The notes beneath the pieces were generated by a model. The model did not search any database, was not told where the DNA came from, and was given only the letters and a program-made list of their open reading frames with translations. Both the position numbers and the translations under genes were made by a program. Below, in pieces: positions 25,701 to 40,700 of a DNA stretch of 64,000 nucleotides; the stretch's first letter is position 1, and each line of letters opens with the position of its first letter. This stretch comes from Candidatus Omnitrophota bacterium. GTDB lineage: Bacteria > Omnitrophota > Gorgyraeia > Zapsychrales > Fredricksoniimonadaceae. The stretch covers positions 24,385 to 88,384 of the forward strand of contig JBAXRK010000001.1 in assembly GCA_037131245.1 (NCBI GenBank), written 5' to 3'.

Positions 25701-28700
25701 CACCACGCCCTGGGCATTGCGCAACAGAAACGACTCCTGCCCCTGAGCATCCAGGACACGTTCGTAATAAAGTTCCATGGTCTTGATCTTCTGCACCGCT
25801 TCCATCTGGGTGGCAAACACCGTGCTGCCATCAGCCTGCGGCAGCGCGAACATCGATAAGCGCTCGCTCGCGATCTCAAGGCCTTCCACGCCAAACTCGA
25901 AAACCTGCGGATAAGCGCTGGTATTATGCACGCCATCAAAGAGCAGGACCAGCGTGCGGCCATTACCCAGCGGCGTGTCTTTGCCGCTGATCCTGACCGT
26001 ATACAGCGGGTTGTTCGCCGTCGGTTTATTGATCCCGTTCGCCCCTAACTCAAGATCCGTCAACGTGGCCAACGGCCGCGCCCAGCGGGACAATTCCCGG
26101 GCCGACTTCTTGTCCAGCGTGGCCGGCAGGCGATCCAAAGAATACACCACCGCAGCGCCGCGCAACTGCGCCAGGCGCTCAGCCACCGCGCCCGGGCCGG
26201 AAATAAATTTAAGGCCGGTATTCCTCACTGTCATGGAAGACAGCGTTACCGGGCCCAGGCCGTTCACACCCTGCGGCACCATCACGCCGGGCATCTGCTC
26301 TTCAAAGACCCTGAACGGCGAGCCCACCGCGATCCCCGGCAGCGGGCCAACCTTCACATGACGATTCTTGAAACCGATATCAACCAGGATGTTATTACCA
26401 CTCTTCCACTGCTGATCGAGCACCTTGAGGTCAACCAGCGTATTGCCCCAAACCGGGAATTCCAGGCCCGCGCCATTTTGTAAGCTTTCGTACTTACCAT
26501 TGAACGCGCCGATGAGCGACACTTTCACGTCATATTTGGGAAGGGCGAACTCAAGTTCACTGCCGGCTTTCACGCCCTGCTGGGCATCGGTCGCCGTCAC
26601 GTCATACATCGCGTTGCCCTTGAGCGTCGTCTCAACCACATCCTTCACCGACAACAAGCCAACCGGCGTCTGGAAACCCGCGCCGGCGTACAGATAATCT
26701 CTCTTGGGCGCGTAGGCCGAGGTGTCCATCTCAGGACGGAGGAACGCGCGTACCAGGCGGCCGCTGGCTTCATCTTTCCAGCCCAGGCCCAGCTCGGTGT
26801 TAAGCAATTCTTCACGGACAAAAAGTTCTTTGGGCACCCACACGCTGTTACCCTGATCATCCCAATGCTCGATCTTAAAGGCCCCCTTCGCGTCCGCCAT
26901 CACCGCGTTGGCTTTAAGATCAGCAAAGAAGCCATTCGGCAGGTCGCGATGCAGATCAAGCGAAGCACCCTTATTGATATTGCCCGCCGGAGACCCCGCC
27001 CCGACCGGCACATCCATATAGCCCAGGTACGTCAGGTGCCAATCTTTCGACAGGTCAGCGGTACCGGCATCAAAAAGCACCAGGCGCGTGGTCTTCTCGG
27101 CCTGATTGACCGTCTTGCCATTCTTATCGGTAGACTGCTTGTTCATATACTCACGGTCAACCGCGAGCACCACAATGTTCTGGGCTTTCGCGCCCGACCA
27201 CTGCAGGCCAACACCATAACGCGTCGCGGTCGGCGTCGCGGTGGAAGATTCGATATTGCTGATGAACAAGTCCAGCGACCAAACGCTGCGATCGCCGAAG
27301 AACTGTTTAAGAGAAGAAGCGATCGTGGTCTTGCTCTGGAACTTGTCCTGTACCAGCAGGCCCATGGCCCCTTCCGGATTGCGCGACTCGATGATGGTGG
27401 TCAATTCTTTATCAGTAAAGAGCGGCAGCCCCAGGCCCATCTGCTCAAGAGCTTCACCCGCCTGGCGGATCTCAGCGGCCTGGTCATAAAGAGCACGCTT
27501 CTTGGCATGGACCTCGCGCTGCAGGTCATTGATCTGCTGCTGCAGGTCGGCGAGCGCGCCGGGGCCTTCTTCCAGGCGGCGCAGGGCTTCGATCGAAGCC
27601 GCGATCTCCCGGGCCATCTTGGCGTTATACGCCTTACCGGCTTTAACCTTGTCGGTCACTTCTTTGCCCCAATCCTCGGCCTTGACCAGGGCGGCCTGTT
27701 TATCGACGATCAAGCCTTCGGTCGAGATGATCGCGCCCTGCATTAAAGCGATGTTATTCAAACAAATATTCTGCTCAGCCACATTCCCGTCAATGACCGC
27801 CTGGGCGTACTGGTCCTGGAACTCTTTAAGGACGTTTTGACGTGTGATCAATAATGTATTGGCCTCATCGAGATTCCGCTGGGCATAGGCCACACCCGTT
27901 ATTGCGTCCTGATGCTGCCACTCCAGCACATCAGCGCGCAAAGCCTGAGGATTACTGCCCTGCGCCAAAGCCAGGCGGGCATTGAGCTGCTCCAGGTTAG
28001 CCTGAGCATATTCAAGGTTCACGCGCACAAAAGGATCGGCCTGATTACCGGCGGTAAGCTTGTCAATATCCGCCTGAGTCGCCGCGATCTCTTTATTTAG
28101 ATCGGTAATGACCTGCGCTTCAAAGACCCGGTCGCGTTCCATGTAATACTGCTGGGCGAGCTTGACCCGGGCGCCATTACGCACATCAGCCTGACGGCGC
28201 GACCATTCGCCATAGATCTTCGTCCGAAGTTCGGCTTCCTGCGACAACAGGCTATCCTCATGCGCCTGACGGCCCAGCTGCAGCACCTGTTTCAAATACG
28301 CTTCCAACGCGGCCGAACGCTGATCGAGCACCGCGGCCGAAACAACCGGCTTCATATACGTGCCTTTAAGTGAAGACGGATCAAAAACCTCTTCCTGGCC
28401 CATTGCCACACCACCATTGGCTTCCACCTGCTCACGGCTGAGCGCCCTGAGCCTGCCATCGGCCCCGACCTGGGAACCGAACGCCACACCCTTCGGGTCA
28501 GGATTGACGCGCTGAACCATCGCCGGGATCATGCGGCCATCCGCCGCCGCGACGTTAACATCCGTGTGGTACAACAGGACCGAGCGGGCATCGAACGTCA
28601 CAGGGTCTTTCCTGCCGGAAAGCGGGACAGAAATATTCAGGCCGGTGACTTCTTTGCCCGTATCGCGCAAATGCTGGTACTGCGCGCCCGAGAGGAAAAG

Positions 28701-31700
28701 CGTTCTCGGAGACTCGCCGCGCAAGCTGGTCACGATCACTTCGGGGACTTTCACCGTGCGCGCATCAACGAACACAAAGTTATCGCCGCCCTTAGTGGTA
28801 TACATGCTCGGCACATCGCGGCTGACGATACGGATCGCGCGGTCCTTGATCACGCTGGCTTTCTGTACATCCCGCACGACCTTGCCCGACAGGTCGTGGA
28901 CCTGACGTGTCACCTTATAAGTCTCGCCCTTCTTGAGCATGGCCGGCTGGCCCTTCATCAAGCTGTCAGGAAGCACCGGCGCAAAACCATTGTCCAGATT
29001 GGTTTCGCTAAGCTCGCCCGAGATCCCGCGGGCCATGGCTTCACTGATCGCCGCCATGCGCGTCGAGAAAACCACAATGCGGCCGGTATTGATATCGATA
29101 TCCGCGGTCGCCATCAGCGGCTTGCCGTCAGGGGCAAGGAGGAACGAGCCTTTTTCCTGTTTAGGGAGCGGCATGCGAACGGTAAAGGGGATCTCGCCGG
29201 GCGTCATGATGGGGAACACATCCCCGGTACGCGGATCGATCGCGGCGCCATACCCTTCAAAGACACCACGGTAGAACGCTTCCATATTCACCTGGCCAAG
29301 AGCGCCGGCAATAAACCCGAACTTCTCGGGGTTAGCTTTCTCATCGGCTTCGCTTGACCAGGGCCACAAATGCTGATCCTTCAGGAAATCTTTGGCCCGA
29401 GGATCGAACATCGGAACTTCGGAGACCATTTCCCAGGCATTCGAACCGACATTCTGCCGGTACAAGGTCTGCATACCCGTCTTAATACTGACCCCCTGCG
29501 CGAAACGGACATTGCGGTTCGTCGACGTCATGGCCGTAAAGAAGGTGTCGATCTGGGCGCGGGAAGGCACATAAATACCCGGATACTGCTTGAACTTGGA
29601 TTGGCCGGAAATAATGGACCCCACGATCTTCGGCAGGCACTCACCCACGTTCTGAATATCCACGAACCAGGTCTTGTCGGCAGGCTTCACCACCGTGCGG
29701 CCGTCCTTCTGCTGGACGATGGTCGGGAAGTAAAGGTAGTCACCGTAAACACTATTGACCAGGTAAACGCTGTCATTGAAAGCCGAAAGGTCAATATCAA
29801 GGTTGGGTATCACGCCCCAGTTGCGCTTTGCGGCATTAATGACAGCTTTCACGCGGAACAGACGCGGATTAACTTCCACGCCGGTCTGTTTGCCCACGCC
29901 CAGGCGGAACGCGTCGCCCAGCTTGAGGATGTTGAAATTACCGTCCTTAAGGAAATGCATCTTGCCGTCGAACTCAACGCCGAGGATATCGATGCCGTGA
30001 GCGGAAGCGTCTTTATACGGGATCACGATCGCGCCCCAATTGAGCATGTCATGATACTGCGGCAGGCGAACCAGCGAATAGAACTCATCGTAGGCTGTCA
30101 GGAACGTCATCGCCATCGGCAGGCCGCCGTCGATGGAATGGTTAATGAAGCCGCGGGTGATGTTAACGATATCAACCGCCGACGACATCGGCCCGCCGAG
30201 CGAGAGGCCCACGGGGCCGACGCTCAGCACATTGTCCATCTGATCGCCGAAGGTCAGCGCCAGGCTGACCAGCTGCGGATCGCGATCTTTTTTCTGCTGG
30301 AGGATGTTCTTGATGCTGGCGTTAAGCTCCAGCCAGTTGGCGCGCGCTTCGGCAAGTTCGGACGCCGACCAGGCACGTGCCATGACCGCGCGGGTGGCAT
30401 CATCCATATGGCCCTGGCCGAGGCTGTTCACAAACTCTTCCATCAAGCCCTTGGCGCCTTTGTAATCGCCATGGGATACCAGCGACCAGAGCAGGTCCTG
30501 CTGAGCCTGGCTCATCGCGGCCCGGCCGGTCATATCCGACTGCAGGGCCTGCGCGACTTTATCGGTGCGGGAGATCTGGTCTCTGAGTTTCTGAACCTGT
30601 TCATCGATCCAGATCGCGCCCAGCGGAATATTCGCCTCAATATCGCGGCCTTTAAGATGAAGACGGCTGCTGCCTTCCACCGCGTCGCGGTCGACCGACA
30701 CGCCAACGGTGCCATTGAGCACATCAAATCTGAATTTATTGAACGGTACGGGAACCATCTTGTCATCCGCGCCGGACATCTCAAGGGAGAAATACGCGCC
30801 CACGCGGCGGAGCACATCATCGGTCAGCGCCACATCCATCCCCTGCGGCACATTCGCCAGGGCCTGGCGGACCGTGTTGCTGGTAACGACCGGCGGCGCC
30901 TGCGCGTGGATATCCCCGATGATCGCGCGCGCGAAGACGGCGGCCTGCTGATCGGGCATCGCGACGGTCAGGGTTGACGGCACATTGTTCGACGAAACAG
31001 CAGCCACCGGAGCCGCCACGGCCATCGGCGCGACCGCCAGCCACACGAACAAGATCGCGGCCAGGAGCCCACGGGCACGGTTGGACTTCTTTGCTTTCTC
31101 ACCTGACGCACGCGGCGCGAAATAAGTCGGCATCATCAGCGTCTCGCCGAATACCGTCTCAGCCTTAAAATTATAATCGCGATGCCAGGCAAACTCATCC
31201 CAGAAACCGGGATGATTCTTTCTCAGATCATAGAACTCATTGACCGAATACTTATCCTGATCCGGGTGTATGGCCGCGAAGGTCTTCTTATCCCAAGCGG
31301 GTTTTCCAAAGAACGAATAGCGCAAACGCCAGGTCTGCCATAGCGGAGAGATCAGGCACGAGATCACATACTTCATGCCCCAAAGCCCCAGGATCACGGC
31401 CAGATGAGCAAAAAGGATCGACGGAGTCCAAAGGCCGAAGAAGAAACGGAACGAGGTCCAGATGATCGCCACCCACTTCAGGAAGATCACGCCGACACGC
31501 AGGACACGCAGCGGTCCGCGCGGCATCATCATCCCCGGTACAGCCGTCACGGGCGCAGGCAAGCCGATACTGGCAAAAAATTCACGGATCTCACGACCAT
31601 CATTCGGATCATGCCGGTCGTAGCGCAAATGGATCGCCGACAAGGACGTATTAATACCGAAATTAAAATTACGATCCCTGTAAAGCCTGCCGACAGACCG

Positions 31701-34700
31701 GTCAAGCGCGCAAAGATTGATCGCGTGATCGGACAAGCACTGGGCCGGGTCAACCGAGACGCCGCAGGAAGCGCAGTTATCCCCCTGCTGGTGTTCGTGG
31801 CGGATCGCTTCCTGGCCCATCATCGGAATGATAAGGCCTTCATAATATCCGCGGCTCCGGCCGACAGGATTAAGATCAAGGCCAGCCTTGACCTGGCGCA
31901 AGAAACCCAGGAAAGATTCGCTGCCGCGACTTACCATGACTCCGGCATTGATGCGATACTGCTTGATGCTCTTGTTATTCAAATTATAGACCTGGCGCTC
32001 GGGGGAAATATCCTCAACCTCTCTCCTCAAGGTCTTCTCGTCCCTCGGCTTCTCAATGAAGCGGTTGACACGACCTTCCTTGATATCGAGGAACACGCCG
32101 ATCTCGTGAGCTAAAATATCATGTTCAGAAGCCAACGGCGCCGCGATGGTACTACCATTGCCTTCCACCAGCTCTACCGGGCCGACATAAATACAGTCAC
32201 CATTCTTAACGATCACGCCGCCCAGGCCACGCTGCTTCAAACCGCGCGCGCCAAGGCTTAAGGTCATCAGATTAGCCTCCAACATGCTGGGAACATGTCC
32301 CAGTTTGGCAACTGAAGCCATCGGCAGCGGCTGAATGACCTGACGGATATTCCTTCTCATCAAGAGAACACCGATCCGCAGGCTCCCTACCGTGCGGTCA
32401 CGGAAGTCGGCACAATCGAACGCAGCGCCATTGACCATCGTTAACCGACCGGCCTCCGCCGCCACAATACGGTCACGGAAAGCCGACGCCGTTTCACCAG
32501 GGAACAAATGCTCGTGAGCTTTCAAATAGGCCCATAAACTACCACCCTCGCGGATGTCTAACAGAATGGCCGGGACCCTGATATTCGTGTCATTGGCCAG
32601 AGCCTGGCGAACACGCTCAAGGTCATCACCCTCCGTTGAACTGACTGGGACGATCAGCATATCCAACGCCGGATCAGACGATTCATCGGCAAGTGACGTG
32701 ACCATGGCACTCCAGTAGCGGTTCAGCCGGCCTGTATTAACGGTCCCATCGAGCAAGGCATCAAGTGAGAAATGGCGCTTGCGCAGGAACGTCGCATAGG
32801 TATCGCAAAGGGCCAGGACGCCCATGCGGGTAACGCCGGAGTACCAGTAATAGAAGAGCGCGCCGATCTGCGAGAACAGAGAGATGCGCACCACGCTGGC
32901 CGGATCGAACCCGTCAACAGAACCGAAGAACATGCTGTAATACATCATAACGATCTGTGCCAGGAGCGGCATCACCAGCACCGTCTGAACGCCGCGGTTG
33001 ACATTGCGCGTGAACCAGCGCTGGGCCGCCTCAAAACTGCTGGTATCTTCGCTGAACTCAGGCTCCATCAATTTCTGCCACTGAACCTGGAGCTCGGCGA
33101 TCACGGCTTCCTTGTCGGGATACAGCGGCATGACCTTGTTGGTCAGGTCCATCTCATTGATCACGCCGCTGAAGAAACGGCGGCGGATCACCGCTTCGTT
33201 CCACTGCATACCGAACACGAATGTCCCGATCGCCGCCAACGGACGCAGCACCCATCTACCGTGCCAGGTCTTGGAACGGAAGGCCACATATCCGGCCCAA
33301 CCCTGGTGCGTCTTGCTTGACTCGATCGCCCTGATCCTCAAGACCACGATCATGTGCAAGGTCGCCAGGAGCTCCAGCGCTGCTTTGAAATCAGCGGCCT
33401 GTTCCGGCGTCATTGCCTCGCGCGCCATCTTTTGCTCAACCGCTTCAATGGTGCTATTAATATCTTTCGCCAACGACAAGTAAGCCTGATTGACCTTCTC
33501 ACGGCCGGTTGAGAACACCACCTCGCTCAGCGGCGTGATACCGATCATCCACTGGATCTCCATCACCATCGACTCAAGCTTGTCAAACGCGCCATCAACC
33601 GTTGCCTCAGCATTCCAACTACCGGCAATACGGGTAACATTTTCAGCACCCTGAGCCAAAGCCTCATAATTAATGACCTTCAGCGATCCCCTGGTCGATC
33701 CGGGCGCGGCAGATGCTTCCGGAATAGTATGAGCTGGCTGCGTCCGAGTAAACACCCGTTCACGCAGCTTGGTATTGAAGAAGCTGAAGAAATAGATCCC
33801 AAGGAGGGTAGCAAAGAACCCGGTCACGAACAGCAGGAGCGTATTCTCCTCCCAGAGGCGCACCCAATACTGAGACCACATCCGGGCGTTTAACGAAGGA
33901 CCGCTATGACTATTCCCGAAAGCGTTGTTCGCGCGATCGATCTTCTTGAGAAGAGGACTGTATTGATGCAGCAGCACATTCCAGGAACCAAGCTTGCCAT
34001 CAGCATTCAACAAGGCCTGACGGAAGATCTTGTCTTTTTGAAGTTCATTAAGCAAGCCGTTATCCAGGGCTCTTCCCAGAACAGCCTGCACCGCCTCACC
34101 CGCGGGATAGAACGAACGTCCGCCCCAGAACCTGGTCAGGCCGGGAGCTAGCGACGTGTTACGGCCCTGCTCAAGCATGGTCACCAGGATCTCGGAATTC
34201 TGCTGAGCTGCCGCCTGGTCACCAGCCGCCGCCACTGCCATCACACGGACAAAATGTTCTTCTTTCGGAGTCATCAGATCCGAAAGTAAGCTGATCGCCC
34301 CCCGGTCACGGACACCGCCAAGCGCGTACGCGAGCGCTCCGCGAGCCATCGGGTCTTTGTGTCCCGCCAGGGCTGCTTCAAAATATTTTAACCTGGCTGA
34401 CGTGCGGCCAACCTCTGACCAGCGCGACTGAACTTCAGCCGCCTTCACCGCGACGGCAGAGTCATCATTAAGGCCCGGCAATGACGCCCACGCGGCCGCC
34501 GGATCCTGGCTCTGAGCCAACTGCATCATAGCGGCAACACGGCTATCAACGTCGGACCCATTCATCAATTTCTCGATCACATCCGCCATCTGGCCGCGAT
34601 CAGGCGCGTCAACCTGGACAATGCTACCCACCGTCCTGAACTCATTAACGCGATCAATGAACTTGGCAACTTCAGCATCAAAACGCAGCGGCCAGGAATT

Positions 34701-37700
34701 ATCCATATTGACCAGGTTCGGCAGGTCGTCCATGATCCGGTACTCGCGATGATCGAATTTCACCTTGCTCTGGAAGGACGCGGCCACATCATAAATCGTT
34801 CTGATCTGATCCTGTTCCAGCAGCGCCATCAAATAAGCATCCGAATAACGGAACGTTCCGGCATTGAAACGTTCCACGAACGCGGCCGATACTTCATTGA
34901 GGGCGCCGGAGCCAAGCTCATAAAGAGAATTCGCGATAGCCATTTCTTCATTCTTAAACGCTTTGAACTGCTCCGGATCGAACTGATCCATATGCCCGGC
35001 GATCGCCGCTGTATGCATATTAAGAAGCGCCTTGATCGCGCCGGCACCATGCGTACGGCCAAGCGCCATGCTACGGGCGGTGCGCTCTTCGGAAGTCATG
35101 CCTTCGCGCTGAATGTCGAGCGCGGCCACGATCGGATTGATGTTCACCTGTGAAGCCACCCGTGATGTGTCGATCTTCGAAAGCATCATCGCCGCGGCGG
35201 TGCGCACCTGGCCGTTATCATCACCCAATAACTCAGTGGCACGAACCACAATATCTGAAGGCACCGCACTGCGGCCTTTAAGCGCGTTACCAAGAGCATT
35301 AAGCGCATGGATCTTCTGCGCCGGGAAAGCATCATCAGCAAGGCCCTTCATGGAAGCATAAGCGCTCAACACCGCCTGGCGTGATGATTCAGGCGACCTT
35401 ACCAGACCTTCAATAAAATTGATCCGGTTGATGCGGTCATAATCGCGGCTCATCTGAGCACGCGCGCGCAAGTCATTGATGACCTTGGCCGTCTCGGACG
35501 GATGAGCATCAAAGACCGGCAGGATGCGCGCTAGAGCGCCATCAACGTCGCCGATCGCGACCGTCTCAGGATAAGACTTAAGCGTCATATAGCCGTTGAG
35601 GTAAGCCTCGATCAGCCAGGCGGTCGGCAGGTTCTTCTCCACCCCGGCGGTGGCTTTCATGAACTCCACGATCAGGGTCGGATCGGTCTCAACGTTAAAG
35701 CGATTGGCCAGCACCGTGAGCGCGCGGGTGTCGCCGGTATTCCCGCGGGAAGCCAGCGCATTAATAATATCTTTCCTGAGATCCATCGACCCACGGTCGT
35801 AATAAGCGTTAAGCGCGTCATTAAGAGGATCAACAGAAGCCGTATTACCCATCGTACGCTCGAGCGTCACGCGGCCCCAGAGGTCAATGAGAACGCGCTT
35901 CTTGTCATCGGTCAGGCCCAGCTTCGCCGCCTGTGCCAGGCGCTCGGCCTGGTCAAGCGTCAGGATTACGCGGCCTTTGCCGAACTGGGCGGCCGCGTCA
36001 CGCACCTGAGCATCACTGGCGCTGTGGAGCTGACCAATGAACTGATCAACAACGGAGATCGTCACACTGAACTCACGGGCAATAGCCGGCCAGATCGTCG
36101 CGTCCAAACCTTTGTTATTGGCAACCGCGTTCATAACATGACGCACAACCAGATCATGATGATAACCATTAAGTTTCTTGAGAGCGTTAACATACGCGCT
36201 GTAGGCATCAGAAGCCAGGTCACTACCGGCGCCGCTAACACGCTGATGGATCACAACGCCCAGTTCATAGACGATCGGAGCGACCAGGTCGCCGGACTGC
36301 TGCGGATAACGGGCGGCATAATTCGCGACCGTGATCTTGGCGGAAACATCCTCACCGTTGAACGCGTTCTTCAGGGCGGGCGCGGCAACAGCAGGTTCAT
36401 ACGCCGAGATCCAGGCCTGCGCCATCGCACGGACATCCGGATCCTTACTAAGGGAAAGCTGTTCACGGGTCGCGGTAAAGAGCAGGTCCACTTCACCGAA
36501 CGACTGGCCGTTCAAGGTCTGGCCACGGGTGGCATCCCAAACCGTCGCAAGCACTTCATTGTCGGAGGTGGAACGGACAACCTGCGCCAGGATATCGCGA
36601 GCAAAAACCTGCTGTAAAGCGCCCAGCCGGCGGATCGCGTTCAAACGGTCTTCCCCGAACCCGCGCAGGGCCTGTACCGCGTCGCTGTTGCCGGCGGACC
36701 AAAGCTGTTTGAGGGCGGCGTCACGTTTTTCGGGGTTACCGGCCAGCGCGCTATTGATCAGCGGTGCGTAGATGAGCGACTTCTGATCCTGCGCGTTCTT
36801 AAGTGTCGGCACCAAAGAGCGGTCAATGAGGTACTGAGCGAAAATCTCTTTCTCAAACGCATTGCGCGTCTTTATCTGATCATTGATCGCGACAACCAGA
36901 TCATTAAAATACCGGATCATATTCCCCTTGCCATCGAGATCAGCGCCACTGTACGCCGCAGCCTGCAGTTCAATACCGCCGAATAACCTGTTCCAACGGA
37001 ATTGATCCATTTTACCGACAAAGAGCTTGGTCATATCAACATCGTTGGCACCGAGCGTGGCCACATCCATGACTTCGGAAGCCACCGACGCCTGCGGATG
37101 GGCCTGCGCCGCGCGCACCGCCATGTAACGCACATCGCGGTCGCTGGAAACTGCAGCCTTCTTAAGAACATCCTTAGTATTTGACAATGTGCGCGAGAAT
37201 ACGGATGGCTCCGTGTTATGTAAGCGTTTGTACAAGCCTTCGAGCGCGAAAAGTTTAGCGGTGGCGGCCTCGCTGTAACCTTCCTTATCCGCAACACGAT
37301 ACTTGCCCAGGGACTGCTCTAGCACATCAACCAGTCCGGGAACATCACTTTCTTTGATCAGGTTCGCATCGGCATAGGCACGCAAGATGATCGGGCCAAG
37401 GATACGAGTTGAGCCGCTGGCGTTACGACTGATACGGTAGCGTTCGTAAACCTCGGTGCCAATGGTCTTAATTACATTCGAAACTCGCGCCGTGATCGAC
37501 GTTACAGGATCTCCGGCAGAAGATGTTTTCGAGCCTTGATTAAGGTCAGCTGGCGTAAACTTAATGTCAACAATATCATCAATAGCCAGCATCCCCCACC
37601 AGGGTTTGGCTTCGGCGTTAAAGTAGAAGAGGTCATGGTCAACAATATAACCAGGCACGCCACGGTCGCCGGACTTAGCCAAGGCAAGAAGAGCTCCCAT

Positions 37701-40700
37701 CCGCTTGTTCGCATCAAGCTTGTCATTCTTCACCACCGACCATAATACTTTCGAGTTTGTTGCCACCAGATCAGAGGGCTTGATCTCAAACGGCGCATTG
37801 GTCATGTTCTGCCACAAGAGCAGGCCGGAGCTAGCCATGTCGCCCTGACCATGCGTCGCGGGCGTAATACCGGGCGCAGGCGGAACATCATCAAAAGAAG
37901 GCGTGTTAAGCTTCGGCGCCGCCGGAACCTTGGTGGTTTTGGCCTGGTAAGTGTTCGTGGCAACTGGCTTGATCGCGGCATTATTATTGGTGGTCGCGGA
38001 GAACACAACACCATTCGTATCATTGGCAGGAGGAGAGCTCACATCATCCACAGAAGACACCGCGCTTTGCTTGATTTGCGGAGCGCCGGAATCCTTTGAA
38101 ACGTGATCTTTGTTCACCTGATGCCACCAGAAAGCCGCCATCATGAGAGCCATCACCACCGCCAGGCCAACAAATCTCAAACCTTTTCTCGACGCTTTAG
38201 CCACTTTAGACGTTTCAGCAACAGAAGCCTTCGGCGCTTCAGCCGCCGGCGGAGGCGTGGTCTTGGCTGACTCGGTCTTCGTTACGGGTTTGGTCGCAGG
38301 CGCCGTAGGCGGGGCGGGCGGGGCGACCGGTGTTGTGTCCGGGGCCGGCGCTTTAGCCGGTTTACCGCCAGCAACTTCATTGGCCGCGGCAATAAGCGCC
38401 AGCACATGATCGCGATCAACGCTGAAAGCCGACTGATTATCCTTGAGCCACTGGACATACCAGCGCAACAAGGCCGGCGAAGCCTTAAGGGCCGCGATCT
38501 CGCGGGCACGCACTTTGTTCTCACTGGCTAACGGATCACGGAGATGCTCGATCTCATGTTTACCAAAGATCACTTTTGCCAGATCAACGGGATACTGATA
38601 CTGCCCGTTGGCTTTGGCGGTCAAGGCCGGGTTAACATAGAGCACCAGGGTGTTCTTGTCCTGACGGAAACCGAACCTGACCGACCCGGCAGCCGGATCC
38701 ATCACGACCAGCACGGACCTGCCGCCAACATCATGGCTCTGGCCTTCGAAACCGGCGGTGAGCCACGCCAGATCATCCTGGCTCGGAGCATATTTATCAC
38801 CCGCCGGCACTCCGGCAACAACTGCCGGATATTTTCCTTCTGCTGAACCGGCGCAGGAAGAATTACCAGAGATCATAGCCATCACAATAGCCGCGATCTG
38901 ATCAGGAGTTACACCAGCTGTCTTCAAATTCTCAACCAACTTCGAATATGAATCTACTGAGTCAACATTGGAGAGCTTCTGCTTTAACTGCGCATTCTCG
39001 ACCGCCAGGCGCTCATGTTCCGCCGCCGTTTGACCAGCCAGCGCCAGTTTATCTTGCGCCGCGATCTTTTCAACTTCAGCAACAGCCAACTTTTTCTCAG
39101 CCTCTGCAACCTTCTGTGAGTCTTTAAGCTCCTGAGTCAAATGCGCGATCTCAGCCGCTGCTATTTTCTCCGCTTCAAGACGGGCGATGTCAGCCGCCGC
39201 GGCCAGTTTGGCTTCGGCAACTGCCGCTACCTGCTGGGCCTGTGCGAGCTTTTGGTCATCCTCAAGCTTCTGCTTTAATTGAGCATTCTCAACCGCCTGA
39301 CGCTCGTGCTCAGCGGCAGCCGCCAGCTTGATCTCAGCAGCAGCCGGTGCCGCATTGCATGTCGCGCAACCTGATTTAACAGGGGGCACAGTCGGTATAA
39401 ACATCTTTGCCGCAGGAGCAACGGCGCCCAACAGGTCAAAATCGCTGTTCTTTGCCGGAATGACCGGGGCATCTTCACCTGCGGGTGTCAATTCTAATTC
39501 CGGGGCTTTCTTGCCCGCAGGCTCAACAGGCTCGGCGGCCGCAAACAAAGGAACACCCAAAGCCAGATCCGCATCCGACACCTCTGCCTCGCCCCTGGCC
39601 TCATTCTTTGCCTTAGGAGCGGAGATCGGGGTACCATCAGCGCTAAAAATACTCTCTACCTTATCATTGACCGGATACGAGAACATCGCCGGACCAACGC
39701 CTTCCAGCGAAGCTAAAGACAAATCCAGAAGAGTAGCATCCGGAGCAATATCTTTTTTCTCATCGCCCAACAACTTCTCCGCACGCGCGATCAACATCGC
39801 CGCATAATTGGCAGTAGGCAATGCCCCCTGGCTCTGATCGGCCAAAGCAGCAAGATATTCAAAGAATAGATTATGGCGCACCAGGACGTCGATAGTGCGG
39901 GCCTGAATATCCGACTCCGTCGCTTTCTGGTCGATCCAATGTAACCACAAGTTCACCATAGCCCCGACCAAAGCCACGGTCGACGCGCGATGAGCATAGT
40001 TGACACTAACCAAGATCTGAGTGCTCGCCAAATCAAGTTGCGCAATAATATCAGGAGAACTATTAACAATCTTAAATATTTCAGTAAAAAGACCCTTCTT
40101 GCTTTTTGCGTCTATGAGCTTGATGGCTGCCTCTAACGCCGTCATAGCCCTGGCGATCGCTTCACGTTGCTGGGAGACCTTGAGATCAAAACGAGCCAAC
40201 GATTCTCTGGCAGGATAATGACGGACTCCGTTAAGCTCTTTCGTATCAGAAAGCTCAATGCTTTCGGTGCTGCTCGTCGTCTTCTTTTGTTCAATGGCAA
40301 GGCGCGCCAATTCGGCCATTCTGGCCACCTGCTCAAGCGAAGCAGCTCCGAAAACTTCAGGCAACCGAACAGTAGCGTCTGTCCCTGATGCAAGCGCCTT
40401 GTGTGACAAAGAGCTTTCAATATTGTTCCCATCTTCTGACCCTGCCTTAACAATGGCTTCGGGGTTCAACTCAGCCACTTGCGCCGGTGCGTTTGAAACC
40501 AGGATGTTCTCAGGTATCGAAACAACCTCGGCCCTAAAGATCCCCTCCACCTGGTCATTGACCGGATACGAAAACGCCGCCGGGCCAACGCCTTCCATTG
40601 ACGCCAGCGACTTTTCACGGCCTTCGATATCAACCACCGTCAGTTCAACCTTCTCTTCACTCTTGGCAGGAGCAACCGGCGCTGCCGCAGCAACAGCCGT

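Larger units (their letters stand above)
23052..30990 (-). other. Large non-membrane region II (about 2,650 aa; probably extracytoplasmic); function unknown
   Basis: It has no hydrophobic helices and lies between the anchors at 30990-31075 and 22985-23052. It is Gly/Asn/Thr/Val/Tyr-rich. It contains a long helical stretch (27430-28320) and the WFST-QQIIG module copy B. Confidence 0.4.
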
